Source: Capsulimonadaceae bacterium
GTDB lineage: Bacteria > Armatimonadota > Armatimonadia > Armatimonadales > Capsulimonadaceae
Direction of reading: 5' to 3'
Assembly (NCBI GenBank): GCA_965215505.1
Contig: OZ244065.1
Span: 3,904,001-3,968,000 of the forward strand
DNA length: 64,000 bases
Shown here: one piece after another, positions 18,995-29,400 of the stretch
How positions within the stretch are numbered: the stretch's first letter is position 1
How the letters are laid out: every line of letters starts with the position of its first letter
Program-made: the position numbers and the translations under genes
Notes under the pieces: generated by a model
What the model saw: the letters and a program-made list of their open reading frames with translations, nothing else
What the model was told of the DNA's origin: nothing
The model's database searches: none

Positions 18995-19077
18995 TGTGGT
19001 CCCGAACGCCGCACGAGGCGAGCCGCAAAGATAAACCATCACAGCGTTCCAGCGCAATCAAGAAAGGAAGATATTTC

Positions 19078-20043
19078 ATGAGTGAGCCGATCAATCGAGC
19101 CGAAAACATACCCGTCAGCGCGCCCGCCCCGGTCGTCTCCGTCAGCCCCGTGGTGCTGCCGGCTCCGGGACGTGCGGTGGACTTACAGATGCGCGTTTCC
19201 GCGCCCGTGACCGGGCACGGCCTGCCCGTCATCCTTTTGTCGCACGGTCAGGGGAGGTCGAACCATCTTTCCTCCCTGAACGGCTACGGTCCGCTCGCAA
19301 ACTTCTGGGCGGCCCACGGCTTCGCCGTGATCCAGCCGACTCATCTGAGTTCAAGGACTCTCCGCCTCGACCCCGAGACCCCCGGTGCGCCCCTGTTCTG
19401 GCGGTCCCGCGCCGAGGACATGACGCGCATCCTCGACGCTCTCGACGTCATCGAGTCTTCCGTACCCGAGATCGCGGGGCGCTTGGACCGGGGCCGTGTC
19501 GCGGTCGTCGGGCACTCCATGGGCGGTCATACGGCGGGGATGCTGCTGGGGGCGCGGCTGACCGACCCCGAAGACGGAGCGGAAGTCGGCCTAGCGGAGC
19601 CTCGGATCAAGGCGGGCGTCTTGCTCGCCGCGCCCGGCCACGGCGGTAATGACCTCAGCGCGTGGGCGGCCGAGAACGCCCCCTTCTTCCGTCACCCCAT
19701 CTTCAGGGAGATGACAACGCCGGCCCTCGTGGTCGCGGGCGATAAGGATGTCTCCCCGCATCTGACGACGCGGGGCGCGGACTGGCACGCCGACCCGTAC
19801 TCCCTGAGTCCCGGCCCCAAGTGCCTGCTGACTTTGTTCGGCGCGGAACACGGGCTTGGCGGGATCTCCGGGTACGACGTGGCGGAGACGACGGACGAGG
19901 ACCTCGAGCGTGTGGCGGCCGTCCAGCGGCTGACGTGGGCCTACCTCCGCACGGCGCTCTACCCCGAAGACCCCGCCTGGCCCGCCGCGTGCGCCGCATT
20001 GATGGAGGAGCCTGATCCGCTGGGCCGGGTCGAGTGCAAGTGA
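19078..20043 (+). CDS. Alpha/beta hydrolase (chlorophyllase/dienelactone hydrolase-like)
   Basis: LSHG, GHSMGG, GDKD, AEHGLGG; AAGGA RBS. Confidence 0.85.
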   Translation: MSEPINRAENIPVSAPAPVVSVSPVVLPAPGRAVDLQMRVSAPVTGHGLPVILLSHGQGRSNHLSSLNGYGPLANFWAAHGFAVIQPTHLSSRTLRLDPETPGAPLFWRSRAEDMTRILDALDVIESSVPEIAGRLDRGRVAVVGHSMGGHTAGMLLGARLTDPEDGAEVGLAEPRIKAGVLLAAPGHGGNDLSAWAAENAPFFRHPIFREMTTPALVVAGDKDVSPHLTTRGADWHADPYSLSPGPKCLLTLFGAEHGLGGISGYDVAETTDEDLERVAAVQRLTWAYLRTALYPEDPAWPAACAALMEEPDPLGRVECK

Positions 20044-20181
20044 GCGCGCCGATGAGTGCGCCGGAGAGCGCGGAAGCTGAACCGCGATGAGGTACGCCTG
20101 CACCGTTCCAGTGAGCCGGGGGCGTGTGCTACGATCTGTGTGCCGGCGAAAATAGATGGGCATCGCCAGCTGGACAGGGCG

Positions 20182-21060
20182 CTACGAGTCGGTCCCGGCC
20201 GGCCCCCTCAGGAAGTCGGCAAGGATGCTACGCATCGGCGTGGCGGCGCGGCCGAGCAGGCGCTCCAGGGTGGGGTCCACGGCGGCGAATTCGCCCTGGC
20301 GGCCGGCGACGAACAATCCTAAGAGGCCGTCCGCCATGGCCGCCGGCAGGCCGGAGTCGAGCAGAGACTGACGGAATGCGTCATCCGACAGGATTTCCCG
20401 TGCGACCGGCATCCCGAGGATCTCTGAAGCCATGCGCGCGATCTCGGCGAAGTCCAGCGCCTCCGGGTGGGTGAGAGGCGGCGTGATCCCGTGGAGCTTT
20501 TCAGGGTCCAGCAGCGCAGTCACGGCGGCTTCCGCCAGGTCGGACCGTGACGTCCACGACGCGGGGCCGTCCGCCGGAAGGGCGATCCGGCGGGTTTCCT
20601 TCAGACGGCCGAGCTGCCACAAAGCGGACTCCGCATAGAACCCGTTCCGCAGCGACGTGAACGGAATCCCGGACCGCCGGAGCAGCTCCTCGGTCGCGGC
20701 ATGATCCCGCGCGGGGCTGAAGGCGGAACGGGGGTCGGCCGCCATGTGGCTCGTGTAGAGGACACGGCCGGCACCGGCCGCCTTCGCGGCTGCGATGGCG
20801 TTGCCGTGCTGTTCCACGGCGGACGGGCCGAGGCTGTTGACCGAGACGACAAGTACCTGCGACGCGCCTTCGAAGGCGTGGGGCAGGCTCTCCGGGTCCG
20901 CAAAATCTCCTTTCCGTACCCGCACCCCCTTCTCCTGGAGGGCGCGCGCCTTTTCCGGGTCACGGACGCTGACGCCGACCTGATCGGCGGGAATCAATCC
21001 GATCAGCCGCTCTGCGACCGCCTGGCCGAGTTTTCCGGTGGCTCCTGTGACGATGATCAT
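20182..21060 (-). CDS. NmrA-like NAD(P)H-binding oxidoreductase (atypical SDR)
   Basis: MIIVTGATGKLG Rossmann motif; H..TE..L...G..FT.LRNGFY. Confidence 0.9.
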   Translation of the reverse strand: MIIVTGATGKLGQAVAERLIGLIPADQVGVSVRDPEKARALQEKGVRVRKGDFADPESLPHAFEGASQVLVVSVNSLGPSAVEQHGNAIAAAKAAGAGRVLYTSHMAADPRSAFSPARDHAATEELLRRSGIPFTSLRNGFYAESALWQLGRLKETRRIALPADGPASWTSRSDLAEAAVTALLDPEKLHGITPPLTHPEALDFAEIARMASEILGMPVAREILSDDAFRQSLLDSGLPAAMADGLLGLFVAGRQGEFAAVDPTLERLLGRAATPMRSILADFLRGPAGTDS

Positions 21061-21307
21061 GGTGTTTTCCTTGTGCTATACTCTGCTATGCAACGGCTTC
21101 GGGTCCGCTTCTAGCAATGATACCACAAATATGCTATCATTGATAATATGGTCAAAGGAAAACTGATTAACTGATGTCACGCAGCGGCTGTCACGGCGCC
21201 TGAGCGAGCCAAAACGAGTGATCTCAGTCACTCGTCATACTCCCCGTCTGCTCTCGCCCCCGAAGGCGCATAACACCAGTGATCAAGAGCATCGGAGTAC
21301 CGTCAAG

Positions 21308-22042
21308 ATGATGACTGAGGCCCACGCCGACATGGGCGCTGAACCAGCCGCTTCCCGCGAAGACACGCGGGCGCGGATTGTTGCGTCCGCGATTGTCCTC
21401 CTCAACACCGGCGGGCGGGACGCCGTGACGACGCGGGCCGTTGCGGACGCCGCCGGTGTTCAGGTGCCGACCCTCTATCGCCTCTTTGGCGACAAGCATG
21501 CCCTCCTTGATGCGGTCGCAGAATACGGTTTCAAAGCCTATTTGACGGAGAAGATGATCCCGAGACCTGGACAAGACCCCGTAGAAGATCTGCGGATCGG
21601 ATGGGATTTACACGTCGCATTCGGGTTGTCTCACCCGGCGATTTATCTGCTGATGTACGCCGAGCCCCGGCCCGGCGTGAAGTCTCCGGCGGCCGAAACT
21701 TCGTATCGCGTCTTGAAAGAACACATACGGCGGGTTGCCGCTGCCGGGCGATTGCGCTTCTCCGAGGAACGGGCGGCACAACTTTTTCATGCCGCCGGGT
21801 GCGGGACCGTGCTGACCCTCCTTGCCAAGGCCGACGAAGACCGGGATAGGAGCCTGTCGGAAATCGCGCGCGAGGCGGCGATTGCTGCGATCACCACAGA
21901 CGGACCCACGTTTGAGGGTTCCGGACCGGCGGCGGCGGCGGTCGCCCTTCGTGCCGTTCTGCCTGAAGTCCGATCGCTTTCAGATGGGGAACGCTCCTTG
22001 CTGACCGAGTGGCTCAACCGTCTCAGCGCAATTCGGAGCTAG
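21308..22042 (+). CDS. TetR/AcrR family transcriptional regulator
   Basis: VTTRAVADAAGVQVPTLYRLFGDK HTH; start uncertain. Confidence 0.88.
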   Translation: MMTEAHADMGAEPAASREDTRARIVASAIVLLNTGGRDAVTTRAVADAAGVQVPTLYRLFGDKHALLDAVAEYGFKAYLTEKMIPRPGQDPVEDLRIGWDLHVAFGLSHPAIYLLMYAEPRPGVKSPAAETSYRVLKEHIRRVAAAGRLRFSEERAAQLFHAAGCGTVLTLLAKADEDRDRSLSEIAREAAIAAITTDGPTFEGSGPAAAAVALRAVLPEVRSLSDGERSLLTEWLNRLSAIRS

Positions 22043-22188
22043 TGAGCGCTTAGAAGGCGGGGGGAGCGTCTCGAACGCCGCGCAAGGCGAGCCGCAGCCA
22101 CACGGCAATACAAAAATGGGGATCACATGAGGAGCTTGAGCGGGTGGGCTAGCCGAGGGCATCTGGTGCTGTGAGGTTATCCGACCCG

Positions 22189-22797
22189 CTATCCTGACCC
22201 AAGGATCAGGGCCACTCCCTCATCGGCATCCACAAGAAGAGTCTCGCGTGATACGCCGGCCCGCGCCCGGAGGGCCGAGGCCATCGCCATGCCAAGGAGC
22301 TGCCGGCTGCGCGCGGCGCAGGGGAAATCAGGCGGCAGCTCGCCCGCCGCGACCGCGTCCTGGAATCGCTGCTCGACCATCCCTTCCGCCTGCGCCATGG
22401 CGCGGGCCGAGAACGCGCGGACCTTCGCGTCGCCGACGGCCGGAACGACGCAGGCCATCAGACAGCCGGCGGGCGAGCCGTCGCCCGTACCACTCTCGAC
22501 CCCCTGCCTCAGAAAGCCGGAGATCGCCCCCCGTATGTCCGGGGCCGCAAACAAGGCCCGCAGCGCCAGCGCCCCGACGGTCTCGCCGTAGTGTTCCAGG
22601 CAGCGCATGAAAAGCGCCTCCTTGTCCCCGAACGTCGCGTAAAGGCTCGGGCGGCCGACACCCATGCCGGCGACGAGGTCGTCAACCGTCGCGCCATCGA
22701 AGCCCCTGGCCCAGAAGACCTTCGTCGCCCGGTCCAGTGCCTCGTCCTCGCTGAAGTTCCGCGGCCTCCCGCGCGGCCTGGGTGAAGTTCTAGGCAT
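22189..22797 (-). CDS. TetR/AcrR family transcriptional regulator
   Basis: RGRPRNF...MGVGRPSLYATFGDKEALF. Confidence 0.92.
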   Translation of the reverse strand: MPRTSPRPRGRPRNFSEDEALDRATKVFWARGFDGATVDDLVAGMGVGRPSLYATFGDKEALFMRCLEHYGETVGALALRALFAAPDIRGAISGFLRQGVESGTGDGSPAGCLMACVVPAVGDAKVRAFSARAMAQAEGMVEQRFQDAVAAGELPPDFPCAARSRQLLGMAMASALRARAGVSRETLLVDADEGVALILGSG

Positions 22798-22800
22798 AAT

Positions 22801-22872
22801 TTTTAACCGTTTAGTTCATAAATGCTTGACACGAGGGTCTCTTGCCCATTATAATACCATATAGTTCATAAA
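22801..22872 (+). promoter_or_regulatory. Sigma70 promoter flanked by repeated operator-like sites
   Basis: TTGACA(22826)-N18-TATAAT(22850); TAGTTCATAAA occurs twice in this intergenic region. Confidence 0.65.
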
Positions 22873-22914
22873 CAGGCAAGCCGCCCAGGCGTCTTACCGA
22901 GAAGGAAAACAGGA

Positions 22915-23661
22915 ATGGCAATCTACGATGGCAAGACCGTGGTGATCACAGGGGGCACGAGCGGGATCGGCCTCGCCACGGCGAAGCTCCTGCTCGCCGG
23001 AGGCGCGCGGGTGCTTGTGACCGGGCGCACCGACAAGACGCTCGACGCCGCGCGGGAGGACCTCGGCGCGGGGGCGATCGTGCTGAAAAGTGACGCCGGC
23101 TCGCTCAGTGACATTGACACGCTCGCCTCCAAGGTGAAGGAAGCGTTTGGCACTCTCGACGTCCTGTTCATCAACGCGGGGCTGGCCCGGTTCGCCCCGC
23201 TCGAGCAGACCGGCGAGGCGCTCTACGACGAGATGTTCGACCTCAACACCAAAGGCCCGTACTTCACGGTCCAAAAACTCGCACCGCTGATGTCCCAGGG
23301 CGGCGCGATCGTCCTGACCACCTCGTCCGCCAACGAGAAGGGCATCCCGATGATTAGCGCCTACGGGGCGGCCAAGGCCGCGCTCCGCTCGTTCGCGCGC
23401 ACCCTGGCGGCGGAACTGCTGCCGCGCGGCATCCGGGTCAACGCGGTCAGCCCCGGCCCGATCGAGACGCCGATCCTGGGCAAGTCCGGGATGCCGCCGG
23501 AGATGGTCGCCCAGTTCGGGGCGCAGGTGTCCGAGATGGTCCCCATGAAGCGCTGGGGGCAGGCCGAGGAGGTCGCTCGGGCCGTCGCCTTCCTGGCGTT
23601 CGACGCGACGTTCACGACGGGGGCCGAGCTGCCCGTGGACGGCGGGGGGACGCAGCTCTAG
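22915..23661 (+). CDS. SDR oxidoreductase
   Basis: TGGTSGIG, INAG, YGAAK, VDGG. Confidence 0.93.
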   Translation: MAIYDGKTVVITGGTSGIGLATAKLLLAGGARVLVTGRTDKTLDAAREDLGAGAIVLKSDAGSLSDIDTLASKVKEAFGTLDVLFINAGLARFAPLEQTGEALYDEMFDLNTKGPYFTVQKLAPLMSQGGAIVLTTSSANEKGIPMISAYGAAKAALRSFARTLAAELLPRGIRVNAVSPGPIETPILGKSGMPPEMVAQFGAQVSEMVPMKRWGQAEEVARAVAFLAFDATFTTGAELPVDGGGTQL

Positions 23662-23680
23662 TGGGCGTGCGTGGGGGCCG

Positions 23681-26155
23681 CTAGGCCGCGCGGGGCAGGC
23701 CGAACTCGGCCCCCAGGTGCAGCCGGTCGGGGTCGGCCAGCTTGCCCAGCTTGCGCTCGGTTTTCTCCCGGTACAGCGCGGCGTCGGCGGCGGTGATGAG
23801 GCTGGTGAAGTCAGGACCGTCGGCGGGGAAGCAGCCCGTCCCGATGGAGACGCCCAGGCGCAGCGCGCCCAGCCGGGGGTGGAGCAGGCCCGGCTCGTAG
23901 GACTCGACGGCCTCCCGGATGCGGGCGGCGAGGGCGGCGGCCTCGGCCGGACCGCCGCCGTGGACGTAGACCAGGAACTCGTCGCCGCCGTGCCGGGCCA
24001 CGACGTCCTCCGCGCGGATCTGGGCCACGAACAGCGCGCTCAGGTCGCGCAGCACCTGGTCGCCCTTCTGGTGGCCGAAGTTGTCGTTGATCGGCTTGAA
24101 GCTGTCCAGGTCCAGGCAGAGCAGGGCGAACGGCCTCCCGTCCCGGCAGCGGTCCTCGACGTGCCCCGTGATGTGGCGGATGTTGTGCAGGCCCGTCAGC
24201 GGGTCGCTCAGGGCGTGCGACCGCGTCCGGTCGAAGAGCAGGCCGTCATACAGGGCCGCCGCCGCCCGCTCGGCGATGGTCTCCAGGAGCTGCTTGTCCA
24301 GGGCGCTGAAGGCGTCGGCGTAGGGGTGGTACAGGTTGATCGTGCCGAGTACCTCGCCCTGATGCACGATCGGGACGATCAGGGACGTCTGGAGCGCGGT
24401 CCACTGGGCGGACCGTGAGGCGGTCAGCAGGAGGTCGTCGGCGTCGTAGCCCCCCAGGTAGGTCAGGCGGTCCGAGGCGACCCGGAGCGACGTGCTGGCC
24501 GGCCCCAGGGTGCGCGCGCCGGTGAAGTACTCGCGGTTGACGCCCACGGCGGCGCGCACGCTCATGCCGGCACCTTCCAGACCCACCCCCGCCGCGTCGC
24601 GCAGCAGGAACAGGGCGGCCGTGCCGGGCAGGATCGTCTCCAATTTGCGGCTCAGGATCTCCAGAGTCTCCTGGAGGCCCAGGGACGAGGACAGGGTCTG
24701 CACGACCTCGTACAAGGCCCACAGCTCCGAGGAGGCCCGGTGGATGGCGCGCGCCGCCTGGTCGGCGGGGTGGGCGAGCGCCTCGCCGGGCGCGGCGGCG
24801 GCCAGCGGCCCGTCGCCCTCGGCCGCCATCTGGACGACGACCTCCTCGATCACGCCCAGGAAGGCGTCGGCGACGTCCGGGTCGAAGTGCGTCCCCCGGT
24901 CCTTGCGGATCACCTCGCAGGCCCGCTCGTGCGGCCAGGCGCTCCGGTAGGACCGCGACGACGTCAGGGCGTCGTAAACGTCGGCGACGGCCAGGATGCG
25001 CGCCGTGCGCGGGATGTCCTCGCCCTTCAGCCCGTCCGGGTAGCCGGTCCCGTCCCACTTCTCGTGGTGCGACCGGACGACGGGCAGGACAGGCCAGGGG
25101 AACTGGACCGGGTGGAGGATGTCGGCCCCGATCTGCGGGTGTTCCTTGATCTTGGCGAACTCCTCGTCGGTCAGCCGCCCCGGCTTCAGCAGGACGTACT
25201 CGGGGACGCCCAGCTTGCCGATGTCGTGCAGCAGCGCGCCCATCTCGATGGCCTTCAGCTCGGTCCCGACCAGCCCCATGTGTTTCGCCGTGGCGACGGC
25301 GTAGCGCTGCACCCGCAGGATGTGCTGGTGCGTGTACTGGTCCTTGGCGTCGATGGCAAGGGCGAGGCTCCCGATGGTCGCGAGGTACAGCTCGGCCAGA
25401 TGCTCCTGACTGAGCTGCATCTCCTCGATGTGCTGCTGCTTCTCCTCGGTCGCGCGGACCGTCGTGGAGTAGTTCTGGAACACGACCAAGCCCAGCGGGG
25501 CCAGCAGCAGCAGGACGAAGCCGACGTGGCTGGAGAACAGCAGGATCGCCAGCGTGCTGACGCAGCCGCCCGCGAAGTAGGAGGGGGCCGTCCAGAAGAA
25601 CGTCTCGCGCCACAGGGTCAGCGGCTTCTGCCCGGTGCAGAGGGCGACGATGACGGCGACGCCGCCCGTATTGAGCAGGAAGTAGACCAGGCTGAAACCC
25701 GCCACGGCGGGGTAGGTGCCGGGACTCCGCAGGGCCAGGGAGGAGTGGTTCAGCCACAGGAAGACCAGCCCCGCCGCCCAGGCCTCCACGACGGCCGTGG
25801 ACACGTTGAACAGGAGCTGGTGGAGGGGCTGGCGGCGCGAGGCCGGGAACAGGCTCTGGCAGAGGCTGCCGAAGGCGCTCACCAGAACGGCCGCGGCCGG
25901 CCCGAAGCGCAGCAGGGCCGTACAAGTCAGCACATAGCCCAGGGAGAGCGAGACGTGGTCCTCGGCGCTGTGGTGGCGCATCAGGCGGATCTTCTTGCTG
26001 CTCGCCAGCGCCGTCAGGAGCAGGTAAAGCCCCAGTTCCCACCACGGAGCGTCCTCCTTGGGGACCGGCGTGACGGCGGCGCAGGCCGCCGCCGCGCCGC
26101 CCAGCAGGCAGACCAGGACCAGATATAGTTGTGCGTTCCGCGGTAGTTTACTCAT
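23681..26155 (-). CDS. Membrane sensor-HD-GYP-GAF-GGDEF cyclic dinucleotide enzyme
   Basis: About 7 N-terminal TM helices; LHDIGK and HHEKWDGTGYP; GAF-like region; RAED...GGDEF. Confidence 0.92.
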   Translation of the reverse strand: MSKLPRNAQLYLVLVCLLGGAAAACAAVTPVPKEDAPWWELGLYLLLTALASSKKIRLMRHHSAEDHVSLSLGYVLTCTALLRFGPAAAVLVSAFGSLCQSLFPASRRQPLHQLLFNVSTAVVEAWAAGLVFLWLNHSSLALRSPGTYPAVAGFSLVYFLLNTGGVAVIVALCTGQKPLTLWRETFFWTAPSYFAGGCVSTLAILLFSSHVGFVLLLLAPLGLVVFQNYSTTVRATEEKQQHIEEMQLSQEHLAELYLATIGSLALAIDAKDQYTHQHILRVQRYAVATAKHMGLVGTELKAIEMGALLHDIGKLGVPEYVLLKPGRLTDEEFAKIKEHPQIGADILHPVQFPWPVLPVVRSHHEKWDGTGYPDGLKGEDIPRTARILAVADVYDALTSSRSYRSAWPHERACEVIRKDRGTHFDPDVADAFLGVIEEVVVQMAAEGDGPLAAAAPGEALAHPADQAARAIHRASSELWALYEVVQTLSSSLGLQETLEILSRKLETILPGTAALFLLRDAAGVGLEGAGMSVRAAVGVNREYFTGARTLGPASTSLRVASDRLTYLGGYDADDLLLTASRSAQWTALQTSLIVPIVHQGEVLGTINLYHPYADAFSALDKQLLETIAERAAAALYDGLLFDRTRSHALSDPLTGLHNIRHITGHVEDRCRDGRPFALLCLDLDSFKPINDNFGHQKGDQVLRDLSALFVAQIRAEDVVARHGGDEFLVYVHGGGPAEAAALAARIREAVESYEPGLLHPRLGALRLGVSIGTGCFPADGPDFTSLITAADAALYREKTERKLGKLADPDRLHLGAEFGLPRAA

Positions 26156-26444
26156 GGATGTTCGGCAGATACGGGCCGGGGCCGTGACGCCGCCCCCGTC
26201 CTCACTCGCACCTTGGCGTATTCACTTCTATCTTGGCCTATTCGCCGGCTGAACTTTAGCCGCATCTTGTCATACATGCATAAAAAGAAGGCAATCTCGG
26301 CGGCACCGCCTTTGTAATCCGGCGCGCGACTATGGTAAAATACGGCGGTACTTTCCGCAGGCCCTGAGATTCGCTCCGTGCCCTGCCGATGGTAGAACAG
26401 ACCGGCTGCCGGACCCGCCGACAACGGCGCGGCACGGCGGAGAA

Positions 26445-29400
26445 GTGAAAACCGTTTTGTGTCCACCCGCCCCCGCAAACCAGCCGCCTTTCCCCGCGAA
26501 CGAAGAGGAACGGCTAGCCGCGCTGCGCCGCTGCGCGCTCCTAGACACGCCACCGGAAGCCGCCTTCGACCGGCCGGCCTCGCTCGCCGCCCGCCTGTTC
26601 GGGGTGCCGCTGGCCCTCGTGACCCTCCTCGACCGCGACCGCCTGTGGCTCAAGTCCTGCCAGGGGCAGGGCCGCGATTCCGTCGGCTTCCGCGAAGTGA
26701 GCCGTGACCTCTCCTTCTGCGCCCACACGGTCTTCGCGGGCGAGCCGCTGGTGTTCGAGGACACCCGCCTGGACCCGCGTACCGCCCACAACCCCTTCGT
26801 CACCGGCGAAAGGGGTGTCCGCTTCTACGCCGGCGCCCCGCTGCTGGACGGGGAAGGCCACGCGCTCGGTGCCCTCTGCCTTCTCGATTTCGAGCCGCGC
26901 CTCTTCCCCGCCGAGCAGCGCGCGGCCCTGGCCGACCTCGCGGCCGGCGTGGTCAGCGAGATCGAGCTGCGGCGCGCGTCGTCCGCCCTGGCCGAGAGTG
27001 AGCGGCTGGGCCGGCAGATGTTCGAGGACAGCCCGCAGCCCATGTGGGTCTTTGACGACAAGACGCTGCGCTTCCTGGCCGTGAACGGGGCCGCCGTCGC
27101 CTGCTACGGATACACGCGCGCCGAGTTCCTGGCGATGACCCTCGCCGACATCCGCCAGCCCGAAGACGTGCCCGCCCTGTTCGAGGCCGAACCCGCCCTG
27201 CGGCCCGGCGACAAACTCCTCCGGCGGCACCGGAAAAAGGACGGCGCGCTGATCTGGGCGGAGGTCGCCGCCCACGCGGTTGACTATGAAGGCCGTGCGG
27301 CGCGCATGGTGGTCGCGAGCGATGTCACCGAGCGGGTGCAGGCTGAGGACGCCTTGCGCCGCAGCCTGACGATGATGAAGGCCCAGCAGGAAGCCGCCCC
27401 GGACGGCATCCTGGTCGTGGACGAGCATCGCCGGGTCATCAGCTACAACCAGCGCCTGTGCGAGATGTGGGGCATCCCCGACGTCGTCCGCCGGGCGGCC
27501 CGGTACGACGGGCTGCTCGGCCACATCCTCTCGCTCGTCGAGCGGCCTGAGGAGTACGCGCAGCGCGTCCGGTGCCTCTATGAACACCCCTCGGAGCGGA
27601 GCCACGAGGAGATCGAGCTGAAGGACGGGCGCGCCTTCGACCGATACTCCGGGCCGATGGTGTCCGAAGGGGGGGAATACTACGGGCGCGTGTGGTTCTT
27701 CCGGGACATCACCGAGCGCCGAGTCATGGAGCAGGGGCTGCGCCGCTCGGAGCGGAAACGCGCCCTGCACATCCGGCACACGCCCCTGGCGGCGATCGAA
27801 TGGGGGCTGGACTTCGAGGTGACCGCCTGGAACCCCGCCGCCGAAAGGATCTTCGGCTACACCCAGGACGAGGCCCATGGCCGCCGGGGGCCGGACCTGA
27901 TTCTGCCCGACGCCGAGCAGGCCGCCATCGAGGCCGTCCGCGTCGCCCTGCTTTCGGGGACGGGGGGCGCACGCAGCACCAACCTCAACCGAACCAAGGA
28001 CGGCCGCACCATCCTGTGCGAGTGGTACAACACGCCCCTGGTGGACGACGACGGGCGGGTGATCGGGGTCGCCGCCCTGGCGCAGGACGTGACCGAGAGC
28101 AGGCGGGCCGAGGCGCAGCTCCGGGAGAGCCGCCAGCGCTACAAGTCGCTGGTGGATTACCACCCCCACACCGTCTGCTCCATTGACACGCAGGGCCGCT
28201 TCCTGACCGTGAACGCCGCCTTCGAGCAGCTCACCGGGTATGCCGCGTCGGAGGTCTGCGGGCGGCCGTTCGCCCCTGTGGTCGCGCCGGAGTGCCTGGA
28301 GCAGTCCCGCCGGCACTACGCGCTGACGCTCCAGGGGCACCCGCAGAGGCACGAACTGACGCTCCTGCACAAGACGGGCCGGCGCGTCGGGGCCTGCCTG
28401 ACCACCGTCCCGATCGTGGTGGAAGGGGCGGTCACCGGCATCTACGCGGTCGTCGAGGATGTCACCGAGCGCCTGGCCCTGGAGGCCGAGCGCGAGGCGC
28501 TGCTGTCCCAGACCGAGGCGCTGCTGGCGGACGCCCTGGAACGGGCGGACCACGACCCGCTGACCGGGCTGATGAACCACCGCGCCTTCCACAAGCGCCT
28601 GGAGGAGCAGGACGAGGCGGCCGGCCGCGAGGGCAGGCCGCTGTCCCTGCTGCTCCTGGACCTTTGCGACTTTAAGTTCTTCAACGACGCCTATGGCCAC
28701 CTCGCCGGCGACGACGTGCTGCGGCGGGTGGCGGCCGCCCTGCGGTCCGCCTGCCGTCCGGGGGACACGCTGGCCCGCTTCGGCGGCGACGAGTTCGCCC
28801 TGCTGATGCCCGGCGCGTCTCAGCCCGAGGCCGCCCGCGCCGCCGACGCCCTGCGGGCTGCCGTGGCCCGCGTCGGCTATCGCCCGCCGGGCCACGACGC
28901 CGCCATCCCCCTCAGCCTTTCGGTCGGGGCCGCCTCCGCCCCCGGAGACGGCGCGGGCCGCGGCGCCCTGCTCGGGGCCGCCGACGCCCGCCTGCGGGTC
29001 GCCCAGTCGGGGGGCGACGATGAGGGCCAGGCGATGCGCCTGCGCCGGGGCCTGACCCGCTCGGTCGAAGGCTTCTCCATGCTGGACGCCCTGGTGGCCG
29101 CCGTGGACAATAAAGACCGCTACACCCGCCGCCACTCCGAGGACGTCATGGAGTACAGCGCCCGCATCGCCCGCGCCCTGGGCATGGGCGCCTCGGCCCA
29201 GCACGCCGTCCAGGTCGCCGCCCTGCTGCACGACGTGGGCAAGATCGGGGTGCCGGACGAGATCCTCCGCAAGCCGGGCCGGCTGACCGACGAGGAGTTC
29301 GCCGCCGTCCGGCAGCACCCGATGATGGGCGCGGTCATCGTCGGGGCCGTGCCGGGCTTCGAGGAGGCCCTGGATGCCGTCCGCCACCACCACGAGCGGT

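Noticed and set aside
16586-23661. TetR/SDR block as a defined mobile element
   Set aside because: No integrase, transposase, terminal repeats or target duplication seen; kept only as an inferred insertion
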